From the NCBI GenBank assembly GCA_963780895.1, contig CAWAEG010000001.1, forward strand, positions 1,114,607-1,178,606: a stretch of DNA of 64,000 nucleotides. The letters run 5' to 3'. Made by a program: the position numbers and the translations under genes. Origin of the DNA: an uncultured Acidobacteriota bacterium. Lineage in GTDB: Bacteria; Acidobacteriota; Vicinamibacteria; Vicinamibacterales; SCN-69-37. The stretch's first letter is position 1. Each line of letters starts with the position of its first letter. Of the stretch, positions 46,054 to 54,740 are shown in pieces. The notes beneath the pieces were generated by a model that worked only from the letters and a program-made list of their open reading frames with translations, ran no database searches and was not told where the DNA came from.

Positions 46054-47750
46054 ATCCCCTGGCCGATCCGGCGATCGTCACGTCACACGGGGCCGAACGC
46101 GGGGCCGCGGCGGTCTACGCCGACGCGATTCTGGCTGAAGCGCCGCGCGTGCTGAGCCTGATGGATCGGGAGGCATTCAGCCCGACGGCCGGATGCGGCG
46201 ATCGGACGTACTGGTCGTGGAAGTTCGTCGATTTCCCGGCGTCGCGGCTTCAGGAGTCGGTGTGCGTGCTCGCGTTCCTGTACGCGACGCCGCTTGCCGG
46301 CAGCCCCTACTACCGTCGCGGCAAACTCCTCGACTGGATCGCGCGCGGCCTGGAGTTCTGGTCCCGTATCCAGCATTCGGACGGCAGCTTCGACGAGGCG
46401 TACCCCTTCGAGCGTTCGCTCGCGGCCACGTCGTTCACGTCGTTCTACATCGGCGAGGCGCTCGAGATGATCGCCGGCGACCTGCCGGCCGCCACGGTCG
46501 CCCGCACGAGAGACACGCTGTCGCGTTCCGGAGCGTGGCTTGCCGCCAACGACGAGACGCACGGCTTTCTCTCGAACCATCTCGCCGCGGCCGCCGCGGC
46601 GCTCGCCCACGCGCACCGCCAGACGGGTGAGACGCGGTTCAAGGAACGCAGCGCCTACTTCCTCGACAAGATCCTGCGCCGGCAGTCGTCGGAAGGCTGG
46701 TACGACGAATACGGTGGACCCGATCCCGGGTACCAGACGCACGGCAGCTTCTACATGGCCCGCTGCTGGCAGTTCAGCGGCGATGAACGGCTCCTGGATT
46801 CCCTGACGCGCGCGTCGCGTTTTCTCGCGCACTTCATCCATCCCGACGGGAGCATCGGGGGCGAATACGCGAGCCGCAACACGCAGACCTATTACCCGGC
46901 CGCCTTTGAAATGCTGGCGCACCGCGATCCGGCGTCGGCCTGGATCGCCCGCACGATGCGTCCGGTGGTCGGCACCGCCGGGGCCGCGGGACTTCATTGC
47001 GTCGATCTCTTCAACTATTTCCCGTTCCTGAACAATTACGTGTTCGCGCACCTGGCGTCGGCGTCGCGGGCCGACCAGCCGCCCGCTCTCGAGCCGTCGG
47101 CGGAGCCCGGGCTGGTGTGGTTTCCGCAGGCGGGTCTCGCCCGGATGCGAACGGCGCGGTACGACGCCTATGTCGGCACCGCCAAAGGCGGCGTGGTCAA
47201 GGTGTTCGACCGGCGTCGGCGCGAGCTGACGTATGCCGACTGCGGGTACGTCGGACGTCTGCGGAGCGGTCCGTCGGTCTCCAGTCAGTATTACGACGCG
47301 AGCCGGCCCACGCGGATGGAGAGCGCGAGCGTCGAAATCGAAGGCGACTTCGTCGAATTCTCGCGGCCGACGATGACGCCGGTGCTGTTCGTGGGCTTCC
47401 GGTTGTTCACGTTGACCGTCGGACGCTTCGCGGGTCTCGGGCGGTGGCTCAAGGCCAGACTCGTCAAGACGCTCATCTATCGGCGGCGTGTGATTCCCGT
47501 TCGTTTCGTCCGCCGCATCGAGTTCACCGAGCTCGGCGTCCGGGTAAGCGACCGTCTCGACGGCCCCGGGGGCGCCGAGATCGACGAGCTTCGCCGGGAG
47601 ACGACGTTCACAACCATCCACATGGGCTCGTCGCGGTACTTCATCGCCAACGAGCTCTCGGACTCGCCGGCGGCCGAGCGGATCGATCCGAAGGCGATCG
47701 TGAACGGCGTCGCCCTCGAGCGATCGATCACGGTGGCCGGGAGCAACTGA
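46050..47750 (+). CDS. Hypothetical protein with alpha/alpha-toroid-like repeats (possible glycan lyase/hydrolase), function unknown
   Basis: ATGA overlap at 46050 (MNPLADPAIV...); the track ORF start 45579 is an extension overlapping the previous gene. Recurrent HSDGSFDEAYPF / SSEGWYDEYGG / HPDGSIGGEYASR repeats. Confidence 0.45.
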   Translation: MNPLADPAIVTSHGAERGAAAVYADAILAEAPRVLSLMDREAFSPTAGCGDRTYWSWKFVDFPASRLQESVCVLAFLYATPLAGSPYYRRGKLLDWIARGLEFWSRIQHSDGSFDEAYPFERSLAATSFTSFYIGEALEMIAGDLPAATVARTRDTLSRSGAWLAANDETHGFLSNHLAAAAAALAHAHRQTGETRFKERSAYFLDKILRRQSSEGWYDEYGGPDPGYQTHGSFYMARCWQFSGDERLLDSLTRASRFLAHFIHPDGSIGGEYASRNTQTYYPAAFEMLAHRDPASAWIARTMRPVVGTAGAAGLHCVDLFNYFPFLNNYVFAHLASASRADQPPALEPSAEPGLVWFPQAGLARMRTARYDAYVGTAKGGVVKVFDRRRRELTYADCGYVGRLRSGPSVSSQYYDASRPTRMESASVEIEGDFVEFSRPTMTPVLFVGFRLFTLTVGRFAGLGRWLKARLVKTLIYRRRVIPVRFVRRIEFTELGVRVSDRLDGPGGAEIDELRRETTFTTIHMGSSRYFIANELSDSPAAERIDPKAIVNGVALERSITVAGSN

Positions 47751-47753
47751 TCG

Positions 47754-49679
47754 ATGTGCGGCATCGCCGGCTTCGTCGGCATTCAGGAGCCCGGGCTGCT
47801 CGAGCGCATGACCGACAGCCTGCGCCATCGAGGCCCGGATGGCGATGGGTACTTCTGCGCCGAGGGCGTCGGGCTCGGCCATCGGCGGCTGAGCATCATC
47901 GACGTGGCCGGCGGCCGCCAGCCGATTGAAAACGAAGACGGGTCGCTCGTCCTCATCCACAACGGCGAGATCTACAACCATCGCGTGCTCCGCCGAGAGC
48001 TTCAGGCGCGCGGTCACCGTTTCCGGACCGCCTCCGACTCCGAGGTGATCCTGCACCTCTACGAGGAATTCGGTCCCGGGTGCCTGGAGAAGATGGCGGG
48101 CATGTGGACGTTCGCGCTCTACGACCGGGCGAAGCGCCGGCTCATGCTCGCGCGCGATCGGCTGGGGATCAAGCCGTTGTACTACGTCGAGGCCGGCGGC
48201 GGCGTCCTGTTCGCCTCCGAGATCAAGTCGTTGCTGCGCTTCGACGGGTTTCAGCCGACGCTCGATCTCCAGGCCGTGCACGACTATCTCGCGCTGCGCT
48301 ACGTGCCGGGTCCGGGCGGCATGTTCAAGGAAGTCCGCAAGCTCCCGGCCGCGCACTACGCGATGGTCGAGGACGGACGTCTGACGCTCACGCGCTACTG
48401 GTCGCCGGCCGCGCCCGCGCCGGAGGCACAGCGGACCGACGAGGAGTACATCGACGAGTTCGCGGAGCGGTTCGAGCGGAGCATCAGCCGGCGCCTGATG
48501 TCCGAGGTGCCGCTCGGCGCGTACCTCAGCGCCGGTCTCGACTCGAGCACCATCGTCGCGGCGATGGCACGCCTGACGTCGAAGCCCGTGCGCACGTTCA
48601 CCGTGGGCTTCGACTTCGAGCACGACGAACTGGAGCAGGCGGCCGCGACGGCACGACATCTCGGCTGCATCCACACAGAGATCCCGTGCCGGGCCGCGGA
48701 CGTCGAGCTCCTGCCGCAGATCGTCTGGCACCTCGACGAGCCGGTCGGCGATCCGATCGTCATTCCGATGTACCAGCTCGCGCGCCGCGCGAAGCAGGAC
48801 GTCACGGTCGTCCTCACCGGCGAGGGCGCGGACGAGACCCTTGCGGGCTATCTGTTCCACAAAGCCCTTCTGGGCGGCTCGTATCTCGCGCGCCTGCCCG
48901 GTCCCGTGCGCCGCGGCATTGTCGCGCCGCTCGTCAAGGCGACGCCCGCCAGCGTTCTCAACGTGGCGTTTCAATATCCGGCGGCTCTCGGGAATCGCGG
49001 AAAGCTGAAGCTGCTCGACTACCTGCCACTCGTGGGCGGCGCGCACCTGCCCGAGGCCTACCGGCATCTCATTTCGCTCTTCGACGACCGCGACACGGAT
49101 TGGCTGTACAGCGACGACTTCAAAGCCGGTCTTCGGTCACGGCCGGCGGCCGGTTCTGTCAACGGATCCCCCAACGGCGCTCAGGACACGTCGCGGCCGA
49201 TGCTCGACCGGATTCTGGCCCTGCAGTACGAGTCCTGGCTGCCTGAAGACATCCTGACCAAGCAGGACAAGATGTCGATGGCGCACGGCATCGAGGCGCG
49301 CGTGCCGTTCCTCGACCACGAGCTGGTGGAGTTCACGCTCCGTCTACCGCCGTCGTTGAAGCTCCGGCGCGGCATTTCGAAATACATCCTCCGGCGGTAC
49401 GCGTCGCGGCTGCTGCCGCCGGCGACCGTTCGCCGCCGCAAGATGCCCTTTTACGTCCCGGCAGAGCGTTACCTCGCGGAGCCGGCGTTCCAGGCGCTCG
49501 TAGCCGACACGTTGTCCGAGCGCGCGGTCAGGGCGCGCGGGCTGCTCAAACCCGAGGCGGTCACGCGCGTTCGCAACAGCATGCAGACGGGCGAATTCCT
49601 CTACGTGAAACAGGCCATCAGTCTGATGGTGCTGGAGCTGTGGTTCCGAATGGCGGTCGATCGCCGGGGGGTGGCATGA
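47754..49679 (+). CDS. asnB: Asparagine synthetase (glutamine-hydrolysing) family amidotransferase (exosortase A system-associated type)
   Basis: MCGIAGFVG Ntn nucleophile, HRGPDG, SDSEVILHLY, PP-loop YLSAGLDSSTI. 641 aa. Confidence 0.85.
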   Translation: MCGIAGFVGIQEPGLLERMTDSLRHRGPDGDGYFCAEGVGLGHRRLSIIDVAGGRQPIENEDGSLVLIHNGEIYNHRVLRRELQARGHRFRTASDSEVILHLYEEFGPGCLEKMAGMWTFALYDRAKRRLMLARDRLGIKPLYYVEAGGGVLFASEIKSLLRFDGFQPTLDLQAVHDYLALRYVPGPGGMFKEVRKLPAAHYAMVEDGRLTLTRYWSPAAPAPEAQRTDEEYIDEFAERFERSISRRLMSEVPLGAYLSAGLDSSTIVAAMARLTSKPVRTFTVGFDFEHDELEQAAATARHLGCIHTEIPCRAADVELLPQIVWHLDEPVGDPIVIPMYQLARRAKQDVTVVLTGEGADETLAGYLFHKALLGGSYLARLPGPVRRGIVAPLVKATPASVLNVAFQYPAALGNRGKLKLLDYLPLVGGAHLPEAYRHLISLFDDRDTDWLYSDDFKAGLRSRPAAGSVNGSPNGAQDTSRPMLDRILALQYESWLPEDILTKQDKMSMAHGIEARVPFLDHELVEFTLRLPPSLKLRRGISKYILRRYASRLLPPATVRRRKMPFYVPAERYLAEPAFQALVADTLSERAVRARGLLKPEAVTRVRNSMQTGEFLYVKQAISLMVLELWFRMAVDRRGVA

Positions 49680-50719
49680 GCGCGCAGTTTCAGTCGCCGG
49701 ACCGCGTGGACGTCTCGGTCGTCTGTCCGTTCTTCAACGAGGGCGGCATCATCGAACACGCGATCCGGCAGATGCTCGAGCAGCTCCGTACGTTGCCGGG
49801 GTCGTGGGAGCTGATCGTCGTCAACGACGGCTCGACCGACGACTCGGCGACGATCGCCGACGCCGTCGCGCACGAGAACCCGCGCCTGCGCGTGCTCGGG
49901 TACGCGCGCAACCAGGGCCGCGGGCACGCGCTCCACACCGGGATCCTCGCCGCCCGCGGCAACGTGATCGTGACGACCGAAATCGATCTGTCGTGGGGCG
50001 ACGCGGTGGTCCACGACCTCGTGAACGCGATGGCCCGCTGGCCCGAAGCCGACATCGTCGTCGCCAGCCCCAACCTGCCTGGGGGCGGGTACAAACACGT
50101 GCCGGCGAAGCGCGTGTGGGTCAGCCGCTTCGGCAACCGCGTGATCCGGCTCTGCATGGCCAACACGGTGACGATGAACACGGGGATGACGCGCGCGTAC
50201 CGCCGGGACGTGATTCAGTCGCTCCCGCTCACCGAGCCCGGCAAGGAGTTCCATCTCGAGGTCATCCTGAAAGCCACCGCGTTCGGCCACAAGATCCGCG
50301 AGATTCCGGCCGTGCTCGAGTGGAAACAGCACAAGCGGCAGGGACAGGTGGTGAAGCGGAAGAGCTCGTCGAAAGTGAACCGGCTCATCGTCTCGCACAG
50401 CCTGTTCAGCATCTTCGCCAATCCGGTGCGGTACGTCTGGCTCCTGAGCGTCCTGTTCGTCGCGATGGGGTTTGTCTTCATCGCAGGTGCCTTCGTGCTC
50501 TTTTACCTCCGGCAGGTATCCGCCTACACCATGCTGTTTGGCTTGTCCCTCTCGATCGTGGGCATGTTGCTCTTCGTGCTGGGGGTGGTGCTGAAACAGG
50601 GCAACATCATTCAGCGCGAGCTCTGGCTGATGCAACGCGCCGGCCTGCAGCCGGGCGTCGGCGCGCGCGAGCCGGTCAGCAGTACCAGCGATTCAGAAGA
50701 GCCCCGCCCGCACGTGTGA
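49676..50719 (+). CDS. Glycosyltransferase family 2, polyprenyl-phosphate glycosyltransferase-like (DPM1/ArnC/GtrB type) with C-terminal TMs
   Basis: ATGA overlap at 49676. VSVVCPFFNEGG, VVNDGSTDDS, RNQGRGHALHTG, TEIDLSW, then two C-terminal TM helices. Confidence 0.8.
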   Translation: MSAQFQSPDRVDVSVVCPFFNEGGIIEHAIRQMLEQLRTLPGSWELIVVNDGSTDDSATIADAVAHENPRLRVLGYARNQGRGHALHTGILAARGNVIVTTEIDLSWGDAVVHDLVNAMARWPEADIVVASPNLPGGGYKHVPAKRVWVSRFGNRVIRLCMANTVTMNTGMTRAYRRDVIQSLPLTEPGKEFHLEVILKATAFGHKIREIPAVLEWKQHKRQGQVVKRKSSSKVNRLIVSHSLFSIFANPVRYVWLLSVLFVAMGFVFIAGAFVLFYLRQVSAYTMLFGLSLSIVGMLLFVLGVVLKQGNIIQRELWLMQRAGLQPGVGAREPVSSTSDSEEPRPHV

Positions 50720-51740
50720 CGCCGAGCGGCAGCTTCCGCCAGACCCGGCGCGCGAGTCCGCCGGAATCGTAGTACGACGCGATGTCCGGCGCGTGGCCGC
50801 GCACGTCGAGGTCGTAGAGCACCACCGGCTGGGTCGTCGACCCCCATCGCTCCTTGAACTCGATCAGCCCGGCTTGGTCCCTCGACGACGTGCCCCAGCT
50901 CAAGCGGGTGTAACCGCCCGCGAGCCCGAACTCGATCGCGCGCCAGTAGAGCGCCGCGTACGCGCGCAACGGGACCGCCTCCGGCAGGCACGCGGCGAAC
51001 TTGCTCACGAGCGTCTGCCGCCAGCAGAACATCGTGAGGCCGCCGATGCAGCGGCCGCCTGTTTCGGCGAGGAAGAGCTTCACGCCTCCGGTCGACTGCA
51101 GCCGCCGCCATAATTCCGAGAAGTAGCGTGCGGCATATGGCGGCGTGCCGAAATCGCGGAACACGCGCAGGTAGACATCGTAGAACGACATGAAGTCTTC
51201 GAGCGTCTCGGCTTCGCGGACCGTGACGCCCCGCGAGCTGGCTTTGCGAACCGCCTTTCGGTGATCCGAGGCGATCCGCTTCGCCACGGCGGCTTCACTC
51301 TCGAGGGTCATGTCGGAAATCAGCACCGGCTCCTGCGTCCGAAGGCCGAGGGACGCGAGCGCCGGCCGCGCCGAGCCGTGGCGAAGCTCGAGGTAGTCCA
51401 CACCGAGCTCACGCGCCAGAGTCATCGCGGCTGTCGCGAGGTGCTGCTCGATAGCATCGCTCTCGGCGAGCGCGCCGCCCGATCCGATGTCGTACGGCAG
51501 CGAAATGAGCTTCGATCCGACGAGCGGCACCCTGATATGGAACAGCGGCAGCACGCCGGTAATCCGATCGCCGTCCCGCGCGACGAGATACCGGGGCGTA
51601 TGTCCGAAGACGTCCGCGATGAAGTCGCGCCACACGGTTGTGTGGTACAGCGTCGCGTCAGGGTGCGACTGGACGAACGTCGTCCAGTGCGCGTCCGGGA
51701 ACTCGGCGTGAACCTCGATGGGCTGCCCCGGTGCGGTCAT
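50676..51740 (-). CDS. FemAB-related GNAT-fold protein (PEP-CTERM system-associated type), intact paralog
   Basis: ATG at 51740 (MTAPGQPIEVHAEF...) with an ATGA overlap to the upstream stop. HTTVWRDFIADVFGH, GVLPLFHI, LISLPYDIGSGG. The 3' end overlaps the convergent gene by 44 nt. Confidence 0.75.
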   Translation of the reverse strand: MTAPGQPIEVHAEFPDAHWTTFVQSHPDATLYHTTVWRDFIADVFGHTPRYLVARDGDRITGVLPLFHIRVPLVGSKLISLPYDIGSGGALAESDAIEQHLATAAMTLARELGVDYLELRHGSARPALASLGLRTQEPVLISDMTLESEAAVAKRIASDHRKAVRKASSRGVTVREAETLEDFMSFYDVYLRVFRDFGTPPYAARYFSELWRRLQSTGGVKLFLAETGGRCIGGLTMFCWRQTLVSKFAACLPEAVPLRAYAALYWRAIEFGLAGGYTRLSWGTSSRDQAGLIEFKERWGSTTQPVVLYDLDVRGHAPDIASYYDSGGLARRVWRKLPLGVTRAGGALLNRWYC

Positions 51741-52885
51741 GCGGCGGCCACTTCTACGACCAGGGCCGAGATGCGCTGACGGTGCTCTGCCGTGATGTCG
51801 GGCTCGGTGGGCAGGCCAATCAGCTGGGACGCGATCGCTTCGGCGACGGGACACGACCCCGGCTCGTATCCGTACTGACGCAGCCCCTCGAGCCGCTCGA
51901 GCGGATACATCGGCGTCGAGCCGGGCCACGGGATCGTGGGCAGCCGCTTCGCGCGCGCGGCCTTGAGCGTTTCCTCCTTGCGCGGCGTCAGGACCGGGAA
52001 ATAGAGCAGAGGCCTGTCCAGGGCAATCGCCGGCAGCTCGATGGCGGATCGTCCCGCGAGCGTCTCCTGGTAGTCGCGACAGCACGACCGGCGATGGTTC
52101 GCGATCGACGGCATGCGCTCCAGCCATCGGAGGCCTTCATCGAGTTGGGCTCGTCCCGGCCTGGTCGCGAGTCGCGTCACCTCGCCTGCGATCTCTTCGG
52201 CGAGCGGCCGCTCGCGGTAGCTGGCGCTGATCCGCCGGTATGCCTCGAGAATCGTCCAGTACGAAGAGGGGCGGACGGCGCGGCGGTAGAGCCAGGTCTG
52301 GACGCGGTCCACGAGTGCGCTCCCCGCCGTTCTCTCCGGGAGCTTGTCGCGGGCGTCGCGCACGCGCGCGGCCAGATCCGGGTCGTTCGTGGTCAGGAGA
52401 CCGCCGCTGGCCGCGGGGAGCGGTTTCGTGAGGTTGTTGCTGAAGACGGCGGCGCGTCCGGCGCGTCCTGGCGCATAGGCCCCGTCCCTCATGGGCATGC
52501 ACTGCGCGCAGTCCTCGACGAGCAGGCGGTCACGATCGCGCGCCACACGGGCGACGTCATCCAGGCCGGCGTCGCTTCCGTACGTGTGTTGAAACATGAT
52601 GGCTCGCGTCCTGGACCCGAGCCGGGGCTCGAGACGACCTGGATCGATGTTGAGGGTCGCCGGCGCCACGTCAACGTAGACCGGACGCAGTCCCGCCGCC
52701 AGGATCGCCAGTGGCACCACTTTGCAGGTGAGCGGCGACAACGCGACTTCGTCGCCCGGTTCAAGTCCCGCGCACGTGAGCACCGACCCGAGGGCGTGAC
52801 GCGCAAAGGCGAACGCCACGGCATGGCGCGCGCCGATCGCGCGCGCCGAAACGGATTCGTAGTCGGCGCCATGAGCGTCGCTCAT
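51737..52885 (-). CDS. DegT/DnrJ/EryC1/StrS-family PLP-dependent aminotransferase-like protein
   Basis: 382 aa. GDEVALSPLTC, YVDVAPATLNID, IMFQHTYG, LVEDCAQC, FSNNLTKPL pattern characteristic of the family. Confidence 0.7.
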   Translation of the reverse strand: MSDAHGADYESVSARAIGARHAVAFAFARHALGSVLTCAGLEPGDEVALSPLTCKVVPLAILAAGLRPVYVDVAPATLNIDPGRLEPRLGSRTRAIMFQHTYGSDAGLDDVARVARDRDRLLVEDCAQCMPMRDGAYAPGRAGRAAVFSNNLTKPLPAASGGLLTTNDPDLAARVRDARDKLPERTAGSALVDRVQTWLYRRAVRPSSYWTILEAYRRISASYRERPLAEEIAGEVTRLATRPGRAQLDEGLRWLERMPSIANHRRSCCRDYQETLAGRSAIELPAIALDRPLLYFPVLTPRKEETLKAARAKRLPTIPWPGSTPMYPLERLEGLRQYGYEPGSCPVAEAIASQLIGLPTEPDITAEHRQRISALVVEVAAA

Positions 52886-52916
52886 GCGATCGTCCGGGGA
52901 GCGATCGGGAGGCGCC

Positions 52917-53705
52917 TCACCGGGCAGCTGCGTCCGCTGTCCGTGCGGGACCCGGAAGACGCCGGAACGTGCTCAGCAGTCCGTTGCCGCGCGAGAGCGG
53001 CGGCAAGACGACCTGCGAGAGGCCCAGCAGCGCCTGCCGCGTATGGAAGTTGATCGAGAACGCGAGCGACGAGCCGAGCCAGTCCCGCCGGAGCTCCGTC
53101 GAGAACGAGCTGAACTGAAAGTCGCCGAATCCATGACGGCCGAAACAGTCGGCGATGTCCGATCGCCACAGCGCGCGTTGATTCGGGGTAAGCCAGCTCA
53201 GCGGGCGCACGCGGTGCATCACGTTGAAGAACAGCCAGACGAACGGATTGTGCGCGTTGGCGTCGGTTGCGAGCACCACGCCGCCCGGCCGCACGATGCG
53301 GCGCAACTCGCTCGCCACGGTCTCGAGGGAACTGAAGTGGTGCAGGAACAGGCTGCAGACGCACACGTCAATCGATCCGTCGCGGAACGGCAGTGTCTCC
53401 GCGTCCGCGTTGATGATGCCGAGCATGCTGGACGCGCCGGCGGTCTTCGTATGGCAGAGCTTCGTCGCTTCGAACGACAGATCCGCGGAGACGACGGCGA
53501 AGCCCTGCTTCATGAGGCACACGGCCTGCGTGCCCGATCCACATCCGAGATCCAGCGCGACCGTACCGCTCGTGGCCTGCCGGGCGGCCGCGGCCACTTC
53601 TTCGTACAGCCGGTCGTCCGTGAACTGGTCGAACCGCTTGCGCGACGCGAACAGATCGTCGTAATACTGCCGCTCGGAACTCTTGTCCTGAAAAAACATG
53701 CCCAC
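52917..53705 (-). CDS. Class I SAM-dependent methyltransferase
   Basis: ALDLGCGSGTQAV (motif I) and LRRIVRPGGVVL (post-motif). GTG 53705, or ATG 53699 as an alternative start. Confidence 0.8.
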   Translation of the reverse strand: MGMFFQDKSSERQYYDDLFASRKRFDQFTDDRLYEEVAAAARQATSGTVALDLGCGSGTQAVCLMKQGFAVVSADLSFEATKLCHTKTAGASSMLGIINADAETLPFRDGSIDVCVCSLFLHHFSSLETVASELRRIVRPGGVVLATDANAHNPFVWLFFNVMHRVRPLSWLTPNQRALWRSDIADCFGRHGFGDFQFSSFSTELRRDWLGSSLAFSINFHTRQALLGLSQVVLPPLSRGNGLLSTFRRLPGPARTADAAAR

Positions 53706-53720
53706 TTCGCTCTCCCGTCC

Positions 53721-54740
53721 CTACCGGCCTGTCACACGCACCGACGATTCGAAATGATCCGGGTCTCGAGCCGCAGTGACCGTCCCGCCCCTGTCGCTGA
53801 AGACGTACAACCCCGCGCCGACGATCGAGACGCCGATCATCCCGACGCGCCACGCCGCGACGAGCGCGGCGCCTCCCGGTACGCCGACGGCGCGGAAGAG
53901 CGCTTCGGCCGCCGCCTCGCCCACGCCAACGCCTCCTGGCGTAATCGGCAGCGCGTTCGCGATGAGCCCGAGAAGCGACAGGGTCGCGACCAGCACCGAG
54001 GGCACCGACGGCACGAGCACCGTCCCCGCGAGCGCGAAGCTGCCCGCGAGCAGCAGGTGGCCGGCCAATGAGTACAGCCCGGCTGTGATGAGGGCGCCGG
54101 GCTTCGATCGAAACGCATAAACGGCGTCGGCCGCACGGCCAAGATATCGGCCGAACGGAGCCTTCGTCGTGATCCAGTGGTGGAAGCCGCTCCCCCGCAG
54201 CCGTGGCGACCACATCGCCAGGAGCCCGGCCAGCAGGACGGCCAGGCCGATGGTGACAACGAGCATCGCCCGTTCGATCGCCGGCGCGACCGTGGGAACC
54301 GACCGCTCGGCGATCAGCAGCCCGAGAATCAGCGCGAGCATCGCGAACAGCGCCACGGCACGGTCCACCAGCAGGATCGTCGCGACCTCGACGCCACGCC
54401 CGCGGTTCCGCTGCGAGAGGTAGTACAGCTTCATCACGTCGCCGCCCGTGCCGCCAGGAATCCAGAGGTTGAACAGCGTCCCGATGGCGACGACACGGAA
54501 CCCGGTCCAGAACGGCACGGCGAGGCCCTGGGCGCCGAAGAGAACGCCCAGCCTCAGCGCTTCGATCGATCCGCCGATGAACGGCACGAGATTCAGGATC
54601 GCGACGAGCCAGACGACCCCGAGCATTCCCTTGAGCGATTCCCACGCGCCGCCCGACTTGAGGACCGACACGAGCAGGGCGACGCCAAGCACAGCTCGCG
54701 CGATCATGAAGAGCGTCGAACGCCAGCGCGCGGCCGTCAT
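53721..54740 (-). CDS. Flippase-like membrane protein (UPF0104 / lysylphosphatidylglycerol-synthase TM-region family)
   Basis: ATG at 54740 with an ATGA overlap. About 8 TM helices. NLWIPGGTGGDVMKLYYL and ALPITPGGVGVGEAA signatures. Confidence 0.7.
   Translation of the reverse strand: MTAARWRSTLFMIARAVLGVALLVSVLKSGGAWESLKGMLGVVWLVAILNLVPFIGGSIEALRLGVLFGAQGLAVPFWTGFRVVAIGTLFNLWIPGGTGGDVMKLYYLSQRNRGRGVEVATILLVDRAVALFAMLALILGLLIAERSVPTVAPAIERAMLVVTIGLAVLLAGLLAMWSPRLRGSGFHHWITTKAPFGRYLGRAADAVYAFRSKPGALITAGLYSLAGHLLLAGSFALAGTVLVPSVPSVLVATLSLLGLIANALPITPGGVGVGEAAAEALFRAVGVPGGAALVAAWRVGMIGVSIVGAGLYVFSDRGGTVTAARDPDHFESSVRVTGR

Noticed and set aside
46083-49067. A 994-aa ORF on the minus strand, with similar long antisense ORFs at 3844-5499 (-), 22532-24802 (+), 35958-37676 (-), 54851-56563 (+), 60856-62442 (+), 26450-27919 (+) and 5496-6776 (-).
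   Set aside because: All lie antisense to genes with clear family motifs. Their translations are Arg/Ala/Gly/Pro-rich low-complexity strings without motifs. Such stop-free shadow frames are expected in high-GC DNA.
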